Shown: positions 1 through 12,998 of the stretch, one piece after another
Position numbering within the stretch: position 1 is the stretch's first letter
How the letters are laid out: each line of letters opens with the position of its first letter
Assembly: GCA_964106915.2 (NCBI GenBank)
Contig: OZ066916.1
Length of the DNA: 64,000 bases
Direction: 5' to 3' (one strand)
Origin: Podarcis gaigeae
Lineage: Eukaryota
The notes under the pieces: model-generated
Database searches by the model: none
What the model was told of the DNA's origin: nothing
What the model saw: only the letters and a program-made list of their open reading frames with translations
Program-made: the position numbers and the translations under genes

Positions 1-1699
1 TAGACTAGTTGTAAGTGGGATCTTCATAACAACCAAATTTTTAGGATATTTTTACAAAATCAGTCCCAAATCAGCTCAGCCCAAGTGCTGTCATAACTGT
101 AAACACAAAGATACATGCTAATATCATCATGACATTATAACTTTGGCAGAAATACTTGTGTACAAAGCTTTCTGTGAGAAGCTGCCCTAAGCATAAAATA
201 ACACTGCTGCAGACTAACTATGAAAGGCACATATATCCATTATTAGCAGCTTGGAATTTGGAGCCCGATCACTCTCTGATTGCAGATTGCCCGTACTAAA
301 CATTTTAAAGCAAAATATAATGCATATTTGTGCCCAGCATAACTGAATTGGTATATACAGAACTTGTTCTGAGCTGTTATCAGTACCTATGTCTAAAATC
401 TTGAATGAAACATGCCTTAAGTCAGCAGCTCAAAATATTCCATGTAGTTGCAGTTCTGTGATTCCATGCATTGTGGAACAAAGACCCCAAAACATTTGCG
501 GTACACTGATTTAGAACAGACAAAATGCAGAATGAGAGGGTTCCCAAAGTTAAATTTTGGTGTAAAACTTTGTTTTGTGTTTACAGATTTTCCACACTGT
601 GAAATCAACTTCAGAAACCCTGCCCCCCTTTTAGCTGTTCCACAGGCAAATTCATGAGTACCCATTATTTATGAAGGGAATAAGAGCGCTAAGTAGAATC
701 TACTGTATGTCTATGTAAGTAGAGAGCCTGAAGATGATTATTTAATGGAGTAGAATTAATGGTTGCCTTGGAGAAGGCCAAGCATTCACCCCTCACCACC
801 AGCTGGAAAGTGAGTGCTAGCCTAATGGCAGCTGGGAAATGGTGAGAGCAAGTAAGTCAGCCAAGTAAGTGAGATGTTCACATACTAAGATATTGAGACT
901 TTTCTATATTTCCCATGAGGGAAACATTTATCATTGGCACAAAACTCAGGGTACTTGCACTCACTCATAATGAAACCAATAAAGAAATGATTAACACATT
1001 TAGTAAGCAAATTCTGAACAGATATTTCACCCTTTTAAAATAACATTATTTCAAGTACACAAAGTTCTGTTGGTACGAATACTAAAAATTATTGTCTGCG
1101 GCTTAACAACTTCGGACCAGTATACTTAAAGAATTGCCCTATCCCAAATGTGCCTATTTGCTTACTTCACATTTACAAGTGCCACACAATGTTCATTTGA
1201 CATTTGAGAGAAGTCATTCCTTTTGCACAGCAGCACCTGTCTTCTGAAACTCCCTGTCTGCTGGCATTAAGGAGGTTTCTTCACAGTACTGTTTTATATA
1301 CCTACTGAAAACTTTTCTGTTGTAGCAAGGCTCTCCAGACACATGATTTGCTTTTTTATTTCTTTGAACAAGCAGCATATAAATTTTCTAAATTAGAGCA
1401 GTACTTGCTCTGAAGTTACTTGCCCTTTACTGCTGAATTCATTAGTCCATACTAAAAATGGAAATTGCTCTGATTTAGGAGGATAAGCTACACTTCTTTT
1501 TGAAAAAGAGGATCTGATCTCCAAAGTGCACACAAACTGAGGTTTTCAGTCTACGTTGTTCCGATAACCCATACAGCTAGCAGGAAGTGGCACAACCTGC
1601 ATGGGTCATATGGTACTCATGCTACCTGCATTTTCACAGGACACTGCCTGAACTCTGAACTGTGCATTGAGACCTGAGTCAGGAGCATGGAAAGCTAGC

Positions 1700-3046
1700 A
1701 TCTGGGAACACTCCAAGAAGGGATTGGAGGCAGAATTTTAATCATAAGATGAAGAGGTTTGGAAATTCTCAGCCAGAGGAGCAAGTACAGTGGTTGCAGA
1801 CCTCAGAACACACTGAGGTGGTAGTAGAAGTTACAGCGTACAAAACAATTCATGCTCCTCCCCAAAGAAGAGGGAGATGTGTGGTGGTAGCAGGTGACTC
1901 TCTACAGAGGACAGAGGCAGCAGTGTGCCAAAAAATGGCTCATGGTTTCAGATGTCTCTATACAAATGCACAGAGTACGGAAACAAGCAAGAAAAACTTG
2001 AGCTCTGAATACAGGATGGCAAATATTATCTAATAGGCATTACTGGAACCTGGTGGGATGAGACTAGAATGAGACTGGAATGAAGGAATTGAGGGGTATG
2101 ACTCATTCAAAAGGAATAGATCAAACAGGAAGGGGGGAGAAATAGCATTACATGTAAAAGATGTGTACACTTGTGAAGAGATCCATGAGATTATATGGGT
2201 AAAAATGGTAGGAGAAGGAACTACAGTGACCTTGGACTGAAGACTTGGATGATGCCTTCCTAGAGCAGATTACCAAACATTCAAAAAGGAAAGATATAGT
2301 AGTCATGGGAGACTTCAACTATCCCAATATCTGTTGGAACTCAAATTCTGCCAAGAATTTAAGGTCCAACAAATCCCACAATTGGCTCTCTGGTAATTTC
2401 ATTTCCCAAAAGGTAGAAGAAGCAACAAGGGGGTCATATATATTGGACCTGGTCCTCACCAACAGGGAGGAACTGATCGACAAGGTGGAAATACTCAGAA
2501 TCTTGAGAGGAAGTGATCATGCCCTCCTGGTTTCATGATACAGAGGAGAAGGGAAAGCTGAGTGTAGTCAAGAGATGCACTCTGGACTTTAAGAAGCTCA
2601 ATTCCTAAAAGTTTAAGGAGCTACTGGGAGAAATCCCATGGTCAGAAATACTCAAAAGCCAAGTGAGCCCCAGATAGATGGGAGTTTATTATAGGTGAAA
2701 TATTAGAGGCCCAAATGCCAACAATTCCAACAAGAAAGAAAAGCAGGAGGTAGCTAAAGAAACTGGTGTGGCTGCATAAGGAGCTGATGGATTAGCTGAG
2801 ATGTAAGAAGGGAATGTATTATAAATGGAAGAGAGGAGAAATCACAAAGGAAGGGTAGATACAGGTATCCAACAGTTGCAAGGAGAAGGTCAGGCAGGCC
2901 AAAGCTCAGAATGAAGTCAGGTTTGCAAGAGAGGTTAAAAATAACTTTAAAAGCTTATTCAGCTATGTTCGAAGCAAGAAGAACAATCAAGTAATAGGGT
3001 CCTTGTGTGAAGAAGACAGAAAAATGCTATTGAGTGACAGAGAGAA
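1700..3046 (+). mobile_element. Degenerate CR1 LINE fragment (ORF1 esterase remnant plus ORF2 endonuclease region)
   Basis: Motifs VVVAGDSL, RCLYTNAQS, GITGTWWD, VMGDFNYPNICW, ILDLVLTNREELI and GSDH, with frameshifts and stops; boundaries approximate. Confidence 0.85.
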
Positions 3047-3065
3047 GTATTTTTCTAAACTGAAA

Positions 3066-3120
3066 TAGCTCTGTCAGTACAGCATGAAACTCTGAATCTC
3101 AGGGTCATGGGTTCAAGCTG
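3066..3120 (+). mobile_element. tRNA-Lys-derived SINE head fragment
   Basis: tagct...agcatgaaactctgaatctcagggtcatgggttcaagc resembles tRNA-Lys(CTT) and the SINE at 39692. Confidence 0.6.
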
Positions 3121-3249
3121 CGTACCAATGGCTCAGGCTTTTCTTATACCACCTGTGACCTAATGTACCTTAAAATTCATGTCTATCAAGCAATCTGGCA
3201 TAAAATTTCCCCAACCACACAGGATTGATCTAGGGAGCTAATAAAGACA

Positions 3250-3251
<2 letters not shown>

Positions 3252-3287
<36 letters not shown>
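3252..3287. repeat. (GT)n microsatellite
   Basis: Seen directly. Confidence 0.95.
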
Positions 3288-3289
<2 letters not shown>

Positions 3290-4216
3290 TCTGTGTTAGC
3301 TATTTAATTTCATTCACGTGTACTTTTAAATATGTAGAAATGTCCATTGAACATACCTGATTTTACTCCCCTTGACCTTACAGGGGAAGTCACAGCACTA
3401 ATTAGGTTGCATAATGCTGTTCCTCTGCTAATCATTTTCTGAATGTCAGGTGCCTTCAAACTCCATTCCTCCTCCAAATGCTAAGAAATGAACAAGATGT
3501 TATTTTCAACTACTGATTATATTTGTAAGTGTGACAAAAAGCATTCCACTCTAGATGGGCTGGACATGGCCAGAAATTATCTCATCATGTCACATATCCC
3601 ACTTGCTCTATCATCAAACTGTGCCCTGCCATTTCTCATTTATGACCCAAAAACTGGAGTGAACATTTTTTAAAAAGTGAGATAGCAGAACTCTCAAATG
3701 AAATAGGGCTGGGAAGATGTACTGGTACCAAAATACTGCAAGTACTTTACTCATATTTAAACCATGCCCAGTTTCTTATTATAAAAATGAATCATATACA
3801 GCAATAGTCTGTGTTGAAACATAGCTAAAAATGGGACAAAAGGTGTCTGTCTCAGTCTAGCAATTAGTTGCAAGCCAAGTTCTCCACACTTGCAAGAATT
3901 TCCCTATTCACTAATGTGTGCAGCTGCACAACGTACATCCTTTTGCACACACAGAGGTGTCTTTTGCTTTGAAGTGAGTTGGTAAGTTCTTGCAAGTGCA
4001 TCGTCTGTCCCTTGGAGCTGTGTCATTATGGTCAGTAGTCAACTAAGTCTTACTAGGTGTACACCCATTGAAATAATGGACCTAACTTAGTCATTAATTT
4101 CCATGGATCTACACTGAGTAAAATCCAGTTGAATACCAACGAAAAGATCTACTTAATTCTTTGAAACCAAAAGGACACCATCAGTTGACAAATCAACTGA
4201 CATACAAATCCAATTA

Positions 4217-4432
4217 CAGTGGTACCTTGGGTTACATACACTTCAGGTTACAGACTCCACTAACCCAGAAATATTACCTCGGGTTAAGAACTTTGCTTCA
4301 GGATGAGAACAGAAATTTTGCAGCAGCGGCACAGTGGCAGCATTGGCTAAAGTGGTGCTTCAGCTTAAGAACAGTTTCAGGTTAAGAACAGACCTCCAGA
4401 ACGAATTAAGTTCTTAACCTGAGGTACCACTG
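4217..4432. mobile_element. Tc1/mariner-type MITE, copy 1
   Basis: TIRs cagtggtacct...aggtaccactg flanked by TA on both sides. Confidence 0.85.
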
Positions 4433-4471
4433 TAATGAAATTATTGTCAGAAATGATAAGAAGTCTCTCAC

Positions 4472-4628
4472 CTTGGTGTTCTGCAAATGTTTGTTTAAAT
4501 TCTCCACATTCAAAGAGGGCTGGGTAGCTGGGATTCTTTCCGTCATCTCATCTACCCATTTCTTCAAAGATTCTACATGAAGATTGAACTCATCCATCTG
4601 CTTCTGGCAAGAGGACACATCCTCTTCT
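4472..4628 (-). CDS. DST: DST spectrin-repeat exon (EEDVSSCQKQMDEF...LQNTK), last exon found in the window
   Basis: 157 nt, phase 2/0, donor gtgaga. Confidence 0.92.
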
Positions 4629-5440
4629 CTGCACAATTGAAAACAAGGAAGGGATACGGGAGAGATAGTCTCCTTGTTCTCGGGATAATGTAGGCAAATC
4701 CTCCTTCTAGGTAAAACTATAATATGGGCTTTATTAACAACCAGTATGTATAGCCGGGACTGAAAGCACTCCTATCTATGCACAGAAGGGTTGCAAGTGT
4801 TCCTTTCAGACTACAGCCCCTCATACCACATCTCACATTTCAAATGCTGCTCCAAAGTGAGAGTCTTGTTGGACTAACAGGGGCTTGTCACAATGTACAT
4901 GCAAACCATCACACCCGGCCCTTTAGATCTCAGCCCAACTAGTGGCATTTCCTTATATATTATTACTGTATTTTTACTGTTGTCTGGTTGGTGCACACAA
5001 GTTCCTGGAGATGAAATCCCAGCCACTTCACTCCTCCCTGTGCCATGCTGAGCTAAGCCACATATTTGCTTATCATATCATCTAGAACTGGACTCATGAT
5101 TTAGTTTTCTCCAGAAAACATGCCGGACCAAACTATGGCTCAGCTCAGCATTTCTAGTTCTTTTGCTGCTTGCACCATGCTGAGCCACATATTTGCTTAT
5201 CATATTGTGCGGACTCCTAGAGAAGAGAACCCATACACTTGTGCATCTATGCAAAGCTATGGTTTGGCTTAGAATGACAAGTGTTTCTTAATTCTGCAAT
5301 ATTGTTACAAGCCAGTAACTTTTCCTTCACTTTATGAAACTGCAAAACACACCACAACTGTCTTATAGGTCTGGGCATCACATTATTTGGAACTCTTACT
5401 TTTATAGTTGCAAAATTTAATATTTGTAATTGGTAACCCT

Positions 5441-5475
5441 TTGGTTGGTTGGTTGGTTGGTTGGTTGGTTGGTTG
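5441..5475. repeat. (TTGG)n microsatellite
   Basis: Seen directly. Confidence 0.95.
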
Positions 5476-5804
5476 TCTGATGAACTTGCAAGATTACAAG
5501 TTCAAGGCATGCTTTGCTGAGCCTATTTTGATTCTGCTGTACACTATGGGGGGGGGGATATTAAAGATTAACTTCTAGTATTGAGTGGGATATTTTATCT
5601 ATCAAATTCTAAGTTACCTCAAAAAGGCACCTATAATGAAGTGTTTGAAATATGCTCATGGAAATTATTGTAATTAGGTAAAAATAAATCAGTCACAAGA
5701 CAGATAATCCGCAGAAATTATTTACTCATTGACAACCCTGATTATTTTCATCACCACCAACACCATCAGCACACACTATTCTAAAATTTGATTATTGTAC
5801 TCAC

Positions 5805-5971
5805 TTTTCTCGTATAGTCTCTTCCATTTCCTTGAATTTCTTTGACAAGGCATTTACTTTTTCTAACACTAATGACCTGTCTCCAGGAAGAGCATGAGGA
5901 GAGAGTTCTTCAATGAGGTGTTGCAAATTTTCAAGATCTTTTTTCTGCTCCATCAGTTCAGTGTTGGTTTC
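5805..5971 (-). CDS. DST: DST spectrin-repeat exon (ETNTELMEQKK...EETIREK)
   Basis: 167 nt, phase 0/2. Confidence 0.93.
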
Positions 5972-6147
5972 CTTTAAAATGGACAAGAAAGTAATTGCTT
6001 CACACCTGAACACACTGCATGGTGTTCAAAATTTATTCCTTGGACTCAGCAGGTTCTCTTATAATTGTGGGTGGCATAGTTACGCCAGCCATTGTACTGC
6101 TCAGTAAGGGGCAATGTAGGGCTCACAAAAGTAAAAATCTACAGTAC

Positions 6148-6465
6148 CTGCACATATAAGGACATCTCAGTAACGTCTTTTCCTGGGATGTCAGCCTCGC
6201 CAAGAGCCTGAGTTTTCTTGTCCAAGAATGACTGGAGTTTATCAGTGAGGAACTCAAACAGCTCCACTTTGGTCTTCAATCCCTCCAACTTTTCAAGTTT
6301 TTTCCTGTGTTTATTATTTGCTTCACAAAACCGCTGAGAAAGTTCGTTCATTTTAGCTTGTAAAGAGGATGCAGTGGATGGGTCTGTTGTTTCCATGAAT
6401 TTGTTCAACTTTTCTTTCATGGCATTTAGGCTACTTTGCCGACCCACAATGTCTTGTTCTAGAGC
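6148..6465 (-). CDS. DST: DST spectrin-repeat exon ([16 protein letters not shown]...SLYVQ)
   Basis: 318 nt, phase 0/0. Confidence 0.94.
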
Positions 6466-7413
6466 CTGGGATAAATAGATAAGTCTGAGAAGACAGCCAT
6501 ACTCATGGGTGCATCTCTATGTGAATGAAGTGAATGCAAGCTGATGTAAATGACTGCACTTCCTGTAGTCAGTTTCTAAAGCAATGGAATCCACAAACAA
6601 GAAGTGGCAATGAGGAGAACCCCAAAGATAAAGATGCGGAAGAAATCTGAATTGCATTTAAAGGTGAGCATGAAAGAATATGTGAAGCAAAAGCACAGCT
6701 ATCTTTTGCACGTCTTCAAATTTACCAATGCAGTTCTCAAACTAAAAAAATCTATACACAACTGTGTATATTAGCATGAAAGATTTATAAAAATTCAATG
6801 AATGTAGCACACAAAACTGCATAACAGGCAAAAATTGTTGCAAAAATGTGTATATCAGGCAAAATTGCACACATCTATGTGTACATTTAGGAGAAAGGCA
6901 CACAAAAATGCTAATGAATTGTTGTGACGACTTCTTTAAAAAAAATTGAACTGATGCAGAAATGTGGCAAACAAAACTTAAGATTGGAAAAAGAAGAAAC
7001 TAAAAGAGACAGATTTGTTTGTTGCTACTCTTAGAAAAGGTAGTCATTACTCAATAGCTGCAGACGTGACGACCAATGGTTTTGTGCAGCCCCCTGTGCT
7101 GACCCTGGTAGTATATTTGGATTTCTGGCAGTCTGCACAGAGACTGGGACAGCTGACATGCACTTTTGGGTTGTCTGGCACACTAACATACAATATTAGC
7201 ATGCATCTCACCCACAAATGCACTATGCGCACTAGAGAAAGTCACCGTCTAGATGCACTCTAATGAAACACTGTTTTAAGACTGAATTTTCTTCAGATAC
7301 CTGAATGTATTAATGAAAACTTGTTTTCAGTATCTTGATTTCCCCCGCCCCCACTTTGAGCTTTAAGTTCCTGGCATTAGGAGGAAAATTTGCTCTGCTA
7401 AAAACTAACTCAC

Positions 7414-7622
7414 CATACTTTTACTAATGACATCCTGAATTACAGAAGAATTCAAAGGCACTTGACCTTGCTCCTCAAGACTCTTCTCAACACCATTCAT
7501 CCAATCAAGCATTTCATCCAATCCATCCTGGACGCTTAATGAACGTGTCAGAGTGATCTGAAGTTTCTCATTCCGGTCATTCACTGCTTTAGATAAGTGA
7601 TTATACTTATCCACAATAGTAT
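7414..7622 (-). CDS. DST: DST spectrin-repeat exon ([12 protein letters not shown]...VISKSM)
   Basis: 209 nt, phase 1/0. Confidence 0.94.
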
Positions 7623-7723
7623 CTGAAAGAAACAAGTAGATAAAGGATAGTTTATAAGTTCACAACCATTTTAGAATACAAGCAACTGCCTTTGGCAGAG
7701 TTATGCCAATAGTCCAGCTAAAT

Positions 7724-7852
7724 CAGGGATGGGGAACCCATAGCCACCCAGATGTGGTTGGACAACAATTCGCATCACCCTGGTACCATTGGCCACGGGG
7801 GCTGAAATTGGAATCAAACAACATCTGGAGGGCCACAGGTTCACTACCCCAG
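7724..7852. mobile_element. hAT-like MITE (CAGGG...GGGAACC family)
   Basis: Imperfect TIRs; similar copies at 10511, 21485 and 55767. Confidence 0.6.
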
Positions 7853-10145
7853 GGCTAACACAACATAATTTACTGCAATTGGGAACAGCATTTCGGGGTC
7901 TCAGGCACAAGTCTTTGCCAACCCTGCTCCCTAACACCCTATGACTGGAGTCGATGGAATTGAACCTCAAATTTTGTAATACATCCAAGATAGCTCCTGT
8001 ACCTTAAACAAGTTATTGGGGAAGAAGAGAAGTTAATCCGTAAAGTGTAGCTTGCCTTGGCACACTGCAGCAGGAGTTTGAAAAGCTGCACCTGACAATA
8101 TTCTCTTATCTACGCAAGTGTCAATTTTACAAGAGCCTTAACGCTGAAAGGTTAGCCAAAAATACCAGCAAAGCAATACTTTTCATGTAAAACACACATT
8201 CAAAGTATTGCTAGGTCACGATTTTCGGCCAAGCTTATTTCAACCATGAACAAGATAGAGAGTTGAAAACATAATCCCTTTGAAAACAGGCAGGAGAAAT
8301 TTCCCCTAAGTTTTGGAGCAGGATAGGCAACTAGACAAAGTGGTGGGAGTGTCTCCCCCCCCCCTTTCCAACTTTTCTTTTTTAAATCCCTGTAGCTGCC
8401 TGTATCCCACATATTCTGGAACACTCATGGGAAATAACACACTCTCTCTCCTCTTAAGGAACAGTCCGCACTCCCAAAAAAATTCTTCTAACTCACTTTC
8501 CCAATCCACACCTAAAGATTTGCCTAAGGAGTATTCTTCAGAATTTAGTATTTGCAAACAGCTAGCCAATATGATCAATAATTAGCTGTGACAAGGAGCA
8601 TACCACACGATATAGGAAAGAGGCCAGTTAACACAAGCCGCACACAGTAGCGAACAATGCTTGGCTCTCAGAGTAGCCCCAGAAGGATGCAGAATTTTCT
8701 ACTTGAGGTTCTCTCAAGTGAAACTGTACCTTAGAAACTGAACCTTAAAAATTCACAGCATAGGGGACCCATAGATAAAAGTTATTTTTTTCTAAGAGCG
8801 TACTATGGATTCTTCATCAGTACGCTGACTGGAGTCAGACATATTCGACTCTGAGAACAACAAAGGGTTGGGAACACGTGATTCCCTTTTACAAGGGAGC
8901 TGGGAACATGTGATTCCTTCTATGCCTCAAGTGCATGCCCACAGAAGACAGCCTTGTGGATAAAACAGTTGGATAGAACAGTTAATTGATTCAGGTGGCT
9001 TGACACAGGTTTTAAAAAGGCAAATTGCAAAATATCTAAAAGAAAGAGGTTATATAAAAAGCAAATGTCCCCAAAGACTGCTGAGGCCCGAAGTCAAAGG
9101 GCAATATTCTACAAAAGAAGGATTTCATCTGTTGTTCCTGCTGACTGATTTCACTGATATCACTGTCTCATAAAGGGGACAATTCTATCAGTTGCTCAGA
9201 ACTACCCTACATCTCCAAGCCAGGTAAATACAACCTGGCTTTTATTCTTTACAGCAGGAATGGGGAACCCTTTTCAGCCTGTGGGTAGCATTATTTTCTG
9301 GGCAAGTTTCCAGGGACAACATGCCAGTGGTGCGCTGAGTAATGAATGTAAATTTTGTCCTTGTACAATAAGCTAGTCTCTACACACACTCCCATACGCT
9401 TTTCTATCCTCAAGAAGGGTGCAAAGCGAAGAACGGGTGTAGCTGGTGAGGGGATCTGAAATGGGGGGGTTCCCCAGAAATTCTGTAGTGTCGGGTTTCC
9501 CGCTTTTTTTTGACACATTCTTTATTCATCAAATATCAAACACAAATAGCTAGAAAAGCAGCTAGAAAAATATCAGACGAAGCACTGAAAAACAAACCAC
9601 CAAAAATTTAGCAGGTTAAGCAGTGCCAGGCATGAGTATGAAAAGAGGTATTGCAATATTTTAATACATTAACTTGTAACAGCAGGATGTTAAACAGATG
9701 GACTTCACATACTTGACGGTTGGAACCAGGGAATTAAAGGCTTAAGTCTGCATAGCCAGCTTTCTCTTGCAGGCCTATATACATATTCCAGTAATCTCAT
9801 ATGGCTGCTAGGGCAGAACAGTTATAATTTTAAAAGAAACCTCAGTCAGCTCAGATATCCTCTTCTCCAGACTCTTAGGATGTGTGTCTTTTTAACTCAC
9901 TGAAACCACAAGATCACCCCTGAATCCAAAGTTTAGTTTAACCCGTCATTACCTCTGCACTTCTTGGTAACAGTTTCTCTGTTTCAGCATATTTGATTAT
10001 TATTACAAGTAGAAATATCACTGAACTGTGTGTCATTTCCCCTAATTCTTTTCCGGCTTGAAACAGGAAAACAGATTCTGAACATGCACAGTTAATGCCT
10101 ATGCTGGCCTTTGAATAATAGATAGTTGATGGCCTCCGATCTTAA

Positions 10146-10149
<4 letters not shown>

Positions 10150-10182
<33 letters not shown>
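10150..10182. repeat. (GT)n microsatellite
   Basis: Seen directly. Confidence 0.95.
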
Positions 10183-10185
<3 letters not shown>

Positions 10186-10510
10186 GAGAGAGTAAACTAA
10201 TTTGATTTTTTTTTAAATGGTATAGTGGTAAATAAATATTTGTATAAAGAAATATAGATGTGATGAACTAGAAAGCGATAGTACTCTTCTTAACTATAAT
10301 TGTTTACATATGATTAGCACTACGGTTGTTATGTTGAAACTTCTTTCAACAATGACAAGGTGACTTTTTGCCTTGGAGCAACAGGACACACTACCACCGA
10401 CACCAACACTATGACTCGTCACTAATGGATTTGGAAGGTTCTGCAAGTTTCAAAGGCCATTTGTCGTGTGGTCTGAGTTCTGACCAAAGTGCTTCATAAA
10501 TGTCCTAGAA

Positions 10511-10638
10511 CAGACATGGGGAACCCGTGGTCCTCCAAATGTTGCTGGACCACAATGCCCATCATCCCTGACCACTGGGTGGGACTGATGGGAGCTGGAA
10601 TTCGATGGCACCTGGGGGGCCCAGGTACCCCAATGCTG
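10511..10638. mobile_element. hAT-like MITE
   Basis: TIR-like ends; degenerate 8-bp TSD tcctagaa/ccctagga. Confidence 0.65.
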
Positions 10639-10654
10639 CCCTAGGATCCCCTGA

Positions 10655-10725
10655 AGCTATTGAAGCTAAGCAGGTGGAAGCCTGATCAGTGCCTCACGGG
10701 AAGGCTACTGGGAGTCTCACATAAG
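10655..10725 (+). mobile_element. 5S rRNA-derived SINE fragment
   Basis: gaagctaagcagg...gcctgatcagtgc...ggga...ctggga resembles the 5S internal promoter (box A to box C). Confidence 0.5.
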
Positions 10726-11094
10726 CAACTTCAACACATCTCCCCTCCACCCTTTTGCCCTTGAAAATGGCTCACTCATCCCATTTGTAACATGCGACTG
10801 GAGCAGACCTGCATTTAGACACGGGTCTGTCACTGTCATGTACGGTTCAGCGCTACATTATAGGGACATGACCCAGTCAAACCTGAGCACTAAGTCCTGC
10901 TGGTTTTCATGGGCTGAGAGCTAAACAACTGCTCCGCCTGATTCAGTGAATTATGCCCTTTGCCTTAAAAAATAATAAAGGTAAAAATAGCTGAGTTGTA
11001 GGAGGCCAGGAGGCAACCACCACTTAGTATCTTCTCCAGTCTACAAATATGAGCAATGGAAGAAGGAAATGGAGAAGACAGTTACTCATCTTAC

Positions 11095-11218
11095 CCAGGG
11101 TATTCTGGATTTCATCTTTGTCTGGCAGTAATTCTCCCCTGGTGTCAAAAAGCACTTCGGCAGCTTTTTTCAGTTTCTCTACAGCAACCTGGTGACCGGA
11201 CACTTGCCCTTGAAGCAC
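11095..11218 (-). CDS. DST: DST spectrin-repeat exon ([18 protein letters not shown]...IQNTL)
   Basis: 124 nt, phase 0/1. Confidence 0.93.
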
Positions 11219-11971
11219 CTGTAAAAATGTACAATTTTTCAATTCTACTGCTTGCTAACGTGTGTTTATGTACACACAGGCACACAATAACAGTAAGATA
11301 GGTTTGGTAGACACCATTAAACATCATACAGATGACAATACACATCTTGCTCTGCTGGGCAGAATCCAGTCGGCTACTCGGGATGATAGAAAGCTGCACT
11401 AAATGAAACCATGAGCTGATCCAGAATAGGCACTTCTTATCTTGACTTGGGCAAGTGCAATTTGCAGCCCAAGATATTTTGCTTACTGCCCTTTTTTTGC
11501 ATAGCTCCCATTTACTACAATGGGACTTACGCAATAACTATGCTTTTCATGCTATACATTAAAATTGCAACTTAGCTACCACTATGATAAGCATTTCTTT
11601 TTTAAAAAACAGGCTCTCCTAACCAACTGCCATAAACAGAGCTTCCCTGTCACATAAAAGCAGTTACCCATCCATGGGAAGAGAGTTTTGTTATTAAAAA
11701 CGCAATCTGTGATGTCAGTCGGCCTTTGGGATGGGCAGTCAGTGGGAAGCTGCAGATGGAGAGCCCTCTCTGTTCTGCCTATAGCGCTACTTCTGCTTTA
11801 TGTCACAAGAGATAACATTTGTCGGGAACCAGGAGGATTTGGAGGAAAGAACTCCAGATAAAGAGAATGTTTCATCTACCCTAATCCAGTTCTCTTTTAA
11901 AAACAAAAAACAAAAAAACTTCTTATGAAGTGTCCATATTGTTGTTGTTGTTTCCTCTCTCCACACAAATA

Positions 11972-12189
11972 CAGTGGTACCTCTGGTTAAGAACTCAATC
12001 AGTTCTGGAGGTCCATTCTTAACCTGAAACCATTCTTAACCTGAGGTACCACTTTAGCTAATGGGGCCTCCTGCTGTTGCCGCAGCACGATTTCTGTTCT
12101 CATCCTGCAGTAAAGTTCTTAACCTGAGGTACTACTTCTGGGTTAGCGGAGTCTGTAACCCAAAGTGTTTGTAATCCGAGGTACCACTA
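11972..12189. mobile_element. Tc1/mariner-type MITE, copy 2 (inverted relative to 4217-4432)
   Basis: TA-cagtggtacct...gaggtaccacta-TA; the interior is the reverse complement of copy 1. Confidence 0.85.
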
Positions 12190-12821
12190 TACTTGAATTG
12201 TGATCCCCCCCCCCCCCCCGTTGCCAGCGTGATGCAGTGACTCCAAGTAGGAGTCCTGGGCTTGGACTGAGGAGACTGAGGTCAAATCCCTTCTAAACTA
12301 GGACATATTTTTTTCTGTCAGAACGTTCTGTAACGCTGTTCCGGCACCTCTCAACTGGGCCCAGGAAGTGCGGAGAGAACCCGTTTTTGTCCGTTTTATT
12401 TGTGTGGTGGTTGGATCAGATCCGAGTGTGAGTGGTGGGGTCCCCGTCCCCCCCCCCCCCCCGGCACCATGTGAGATGGATGTTTTGGCCCACAACTGTT
12501 CCTTAGCTTTCCAAATGTGCACCCAGGCTCAAAAAGGTTCGGGACCCCTGACATATAGCCACAATGTTCAAGAAGCACTTGGGGTCCCATGAACAAGTTG
12601 GAAGCCAAAGAGATAATGATCAAAAAAGTTTCATTGACAGGACACTTCCAGGTTTCCCTTGTAACAATCAGCATTATTTTTTTCTAAATTGGACATGTTC
12701 AACTAATGTACACCTCCCCCCCCCCCCAAACACACATACACCAAAGGGGAACATGGCTTTCCTTTATTCTATAAACTGCTTTTTCTTGAAATACAACAGC
12801 TCTGGAGATTTTTTGGTTTAC

Positions 12822-12998
12822 CTTGGTTTCTTCTAGTTGTCTCTGGAGATTTTTTGGATCTACAGCAACTGCCTCAGACAACTGTTTATTCACAGCTTCT
12901 TCAGAGGCTTGAAGTCCTGTCAGAAGCCCAGATGAGGTATCCTCATAATTCTGGTATTTATCTACCAGATCTTTGAGGTTATTTCCAAGGATACTGCA
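12822..12998 (-). CDS. DST: DST spectrin-repeat exon ([16 protein letters not shown]...QLEETK)
   Basis: 177 nt, phase 0/0. Confidence 0.93.

Noticed and set aside
1-4200. Next DST exon downstream of 4472
   Set aside because: No segment with suitable splice sites and a DST-like peptide was found; it presumably lies beyond the window start.
4990-7010. Imperfect direct and inverted repeats at ~5040-5275 and AT-rich degenerate repeats at ~6720-6990 as a CRISPR-like or novel array
   Set aside because: No regular repeat-spacer period and the context is a vertebrate intron; consistent with old MITE-like repeats.
10655-10725. 5S rRNA gene
   Set aside because: Partial and heavily diverged; at most a SINE relic.
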